A DNA stretch of 64,000 nucleotides, taken from assembly GCA_030141605.1 (NCBI GenBank), contig JAQGDQ010000522.1:62001-126000 (forward strand), given 5' to 3'. A model generated the notes under the pieces. That model made no database searches. It was not told the origin of the DNA and was given only the letters and a program-made list of their open reading frames with translations. The position numbers and the translations under genes were made by a program. Below are positions 60,590-64,000 of the stretch, one piece after another; position 1 is the first letter of the stretch; each line of letters begins with the position of its first letter. Source of the DNA: Tubiluchus corallicola. Lineage: Eukaryota; Animalia; Priapulida.

Positions 60590-62145
60590 TATAGATGTAA
60601 ATATACAACTGTCAGTGTAGATTAGTACGTCAGTTGATCTTAAATGCAGGTGTAAATATACAAATGTCATTGTAGATTAGTACGTCAATTGATCTTAAAT
60701 ATAGGTGTAAATATACAACTGTCAGTGTAGATTAGTACGTCAGTTGATCTTAAATGCAGGTGTAAATATACAAATGTCAGTGTAGATTACTATGTCAATT
60801 GACCCAAAATGTAGGTACAAATATACAAATGTCAGGGTAGATTGGTACGTCAGTTGATCTTAAATGCAGGTGTAAATATACAAATGTCAGTGTAGATTAC
60901 TATGTCAATTGACCCGAAATGTAGGTACAAATATACAAATGTCAGTGTAGATTGGTACGTCAGTTGATCTTAAATGCAGGTGTAAATATACAAATGTCAG
61001 TGTAGATTACTATGTCAATTGACCCGAAATGTAGGTACAAATATACAAATGTCATTGTAGATTGGTACGTCAGTTGATCTTAAATGCAGGTGTAAATATA
61101 CAAATGTCAGTGTAGATTAGTACGTCAATTGATCTTAAATGTACGTACAAATACACAGATGTCAGTGTAGATTAGTACGTCAGTTGATCTTAAATGCAGG
61201 TGTAAATATACAAATGTCATTGTAGATTGGTACGTCAGTTGATCTTAAATGCAGGTGTAAATATACAAATGTGGGTACAAATATACAAATGTCATTGTAG
61301 ATTGGTACGTCAGTTGATCTTAAATGCAGGTGTAAATATACAAATGTCAGTGTAGATTACTATGTCAATTGACCCGAAATGTAGGTACAAATATACAAAT
61401 GTCAGTGTAGATTGGTACGTCAGTTGATCTTAAATGCAGGTGTAAATATACAAATGTCAGTGTAGATTACTATGTCAATTGACCCAAAATGCAAGTGCAA
61501 ATATACAATTGTCTGTGTAGATTAGTACGTCAAGTGACCTTAAATGCAGGTGTAAATATACAATTGTCAGTGTAGATTGGTACGTCAGTTGATCTTAAAT
61601 GTAGATGTAAATATACAAATGTCAGTGTAGATTAGTACGTCAATTGACCCGAAATGTAAGTGCAAATATACAATTGTCAGTGTAGATTAGTACGTCAATT
61701 GACCTTAAATACAGGTGTAAATATACAACTGTCAGTGTAGATTAGTACGTTAATTGACCTTAAATGCAGGTGTAAATATACAATTGTCAGTGTAGATTGG
61801 TACGTCAACCGACCTTAAATACAGGTGTAAATATACAACTGTCCATGTAGATTAGTATGTGATTAGTATGTCAACTGACTTGAAATGCGAGTGCAAATAT
61901 ACAATTGTCTGTGTAGATTAGTACGTCAGTTGATCTTAAATGCAGGTGTAAATATACAAATGTCAGTGTAGATTAGTAAGTCAGTTGATCTTAAATGCAG
62001 GTGTAAATATACAAAAGTCAGTGTAGCTTAGTACGTCAATTGACCTTAAATGTAGATGCAGATATACAAATGTCAGTGTAGATTGGTACGTCAACTGACC
62101 TTAAATGCAGGTGTAAATATACAACTGTCCATGTAGATTAGTACA
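60590..62145. repeat. Minisatellite, 55-bp unit, ~28 copies
   Basis: atatacaaatgtcagtgtagattagtacgtcagttgatcttaaatgcaggtgtaa. Confidence 0.97.
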
Positions 62146-62895
62146 TTAGCTAATTCATATAATTGAATTTCAAGTTCAAGCCGCTAGTTTTTTGCTGTTG
62201 CCTGCATTTTGCCATTCGCTAGTTAGATGAACACCAGCGCTTGCAATTTTTTAACTTCGTTGCACAAGAAACAGGCGCTGTACCTTTCAGATCAGTTCTG
62301 ACGTAAAACCCACTTATGGTGAATGTGTTTCGGTGCAGCAGTAAACGTGGAATTTAAGTTGTTAACTTAAAGCTTACAGAGTTCGTGTTAAACACAGTCA
62401 GTGCTGTACTTAATACTGTATTTCAATTTTCCCGTTCACAAACATGTGCAACATGCTCACGGAATGTTTGTCATTAGAAAATATATTCAGTTCTGACGTC
62501 ATCAACAGCTGGGCTTGCGTGCCATTAATTAAGATTCCAAGCAAATATTTAATTGCCATAAACACTTTTGACATTTGCATATGTGTTAAAATGTACATTT
62601 TTTACCGTACTTCAAAATGGAGTAGAACCGTAGGATATAAAAAAATCATCCCGCTTACCTTTAAAGTTTAAACTGTCGTCTAGACTCAGTACCAGAGTGA
62701 TCAAAGTAGGTAAAATGTGACAAACTCTAGCTAAACTGCACCGCAATCACATTTTAGTTACAGCATGTGAGCTGCCATGTTCAGCTAACTGTTCAGCACC
62801 ATCTTGTTGCAACAAAACACATTAATTCAACCGCTCAAAATTATAAACTGCCTTACAATTAACAGCAAAAAAAGGGGATGGTAAAAGAACAATAC

Positions 62896-62985
62896 CTCTG
62901 TGCAGGTATCTCTTCTAGTCTTTGCACGCTAAGGAATGCGGATGTCGATTTCGTGCCTGAACTGTTAGTGGCTGTACAAGTGTAC
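62896..62985 (-). CDS. sls: E1: end of an Ig domain (YTCTATNSSGTKSTSAFLSVQR...)
   Basis: tgtag|G acceptor, AG|gtattg donor; 90 nt, phase 2-2. Confidence 0.85.
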
Positions 62986-63488
62986 CTACAAACATTGTAA
63001 ATGTTAATCGCTGATAACTGCTTACGTGTGTTTACAATCATTGTACATTTAAACTATGAAAAGTACTAGTGCTTATAATAGTAAGAAAATAAGTACGTAA
63101 GCATTTTTTGTCATTATATTAGGATACAGATAATGAAATTAGTGTGGTTCTACGTACTGCAACAAAACGAAATTAAATAAATTGCAATCAGTTTGATCAA
63201 TGGATAAAATATAAACAGTGATAATAATGCTGCAAGTTTAGGCCGGCCACAAAAAAATGTTTCTGTCTTACCCCATGAGGAAAGTTTTGATTTTTTGAAA
63301 AAATAACGTTTTTTAGGCTTTGCGAATGTTTAAAACTGAATCGTGGAATGTTTAGAATCAGTTGAAATGAAAGTTTGTTTATTTCCCACTGGTTAGCAGT
63401 AATGTTTTAAATTTTTTTAATGCTCATTTTTTCACACTTCGTTTTTTAGTTTCGCATTACTAAATCAACGTATAATTATCGATTATTG

Positions 63489-63825
63489 CAGTGGTTCCCA
63501 AACTAGGGGTAAATTACCCCCCGGGGGTAATATGGTTTTTTTGGGGGGGTAACGGGCACCCCTCTGAAAATTTTTAAAACTTCGCTCGGAATGCATTTTA
63601 CGTAGTTTTCTTCTTGAAGAGACTGCCTCCGGCAGGCAACACTGTGTCATGGGGTCCATCATTCGCACGTCCATAAATAATTTTGCTTATTATTGTGGCA
63701 TATAATAATGTGGCATATACGTGTGTTTACTTTTTGAGTTGGAGAAGTAGTACTAGGTGGGGGGTAATGGACACGACCGGGTTTCCCGATTTGGGTAACG
63801 GTCCGAGAAAGTTTGGGAACCACTG
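63489..63825. mobile_element. hAT MITE, 337 bp, apparently young
   Basis: Perfect 16-bp TIR cagtggttcccaaact; perfect 8-bp TSD GATTATTG. Confidence 0.95.
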
Positions 63826-64000
63826 GATTATTGTATAGTCTCTCTTTTGTATCATGAACGTGTGTATGTTCTGATAATTATGGTAGAAGTGGCAACACTA
63901 CTCGGCCGTTAATACACCGATTTGGCGGAAAATTTAACGCGTTTTAGCCTTCAGTACAATGAACACCATGCACAATGGCAACCCTGGCTGAGAGTTAGCC

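Larger units (their letters stand above)
1248..62985 (-). other. sls: Multi-exon gene span (partial at both ends): kettin/sallimus-like (invertebrate titin family) multi-Ig muscle protein, 42 coding exons in window (E1-E42 in transcript order)
   Basis: Repeated kettin-type Ig consensus (P.F...L....EG..AHFE.R.EP..DP.L.VEWF.NG.PL..G.RFR..HDFG.V.LDI.....EDSG.Y.CRA.N..G) with ~35-aa linkers (HPEGL..IQ.LE). All 41 internal junctions are GT-AG and phase-matched. The symbol denotes homology by motif recognition, not tested orthology. Confidence 0.9.

Noticed and set aside
1-64000. Assignment to a specific animal lineage
   Set aside because: The kettin-type architecture suggests an invertebrate, but nothing visible identifies the taxon without a database search.

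Overview
Eukaryotic (animal, probably invertebrate) genomic DNA with AT-rich introns. The whole window lies inside one minus-strand gene for a kettin/sallimus (invertebrate titin-family) giant muscle protein. By reading GT-AG junctions I assembled 42 phase-consistent coding exons (62985->1248; 12,910 nt, about 4,300 codons; 33 complete plus 2 partial I-set Ig domains). The gene continues beyond both ends of the window. The introns hold many minisatellites, non-autonomous DNA transposons (hAT, Tc1/mariner-Tigger, piggyBac, Helitron-like), and CR1/L2 and Penelope remnants. Main candidates for follow-up: (1) intronic satellites whose units carry splicing-type motifs (UGCU, UGCAUG, UACUAAU, decoy 3' splice sites); (2) an inverted MITE pair bracketing an in-frame 13-Ig block; (3) a linker-less three-Ig super-repeat; (4) a fourfold E-x-I-[YW]-LK-[PS]-V insert; (5) a possible kettin-type intronic stop/poly(A) site; (6) Penelope-type hammerhead motifs. 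All functional interpretations are inference. No searches were run, and repeat boundaries and copy numbers are manual estimates.
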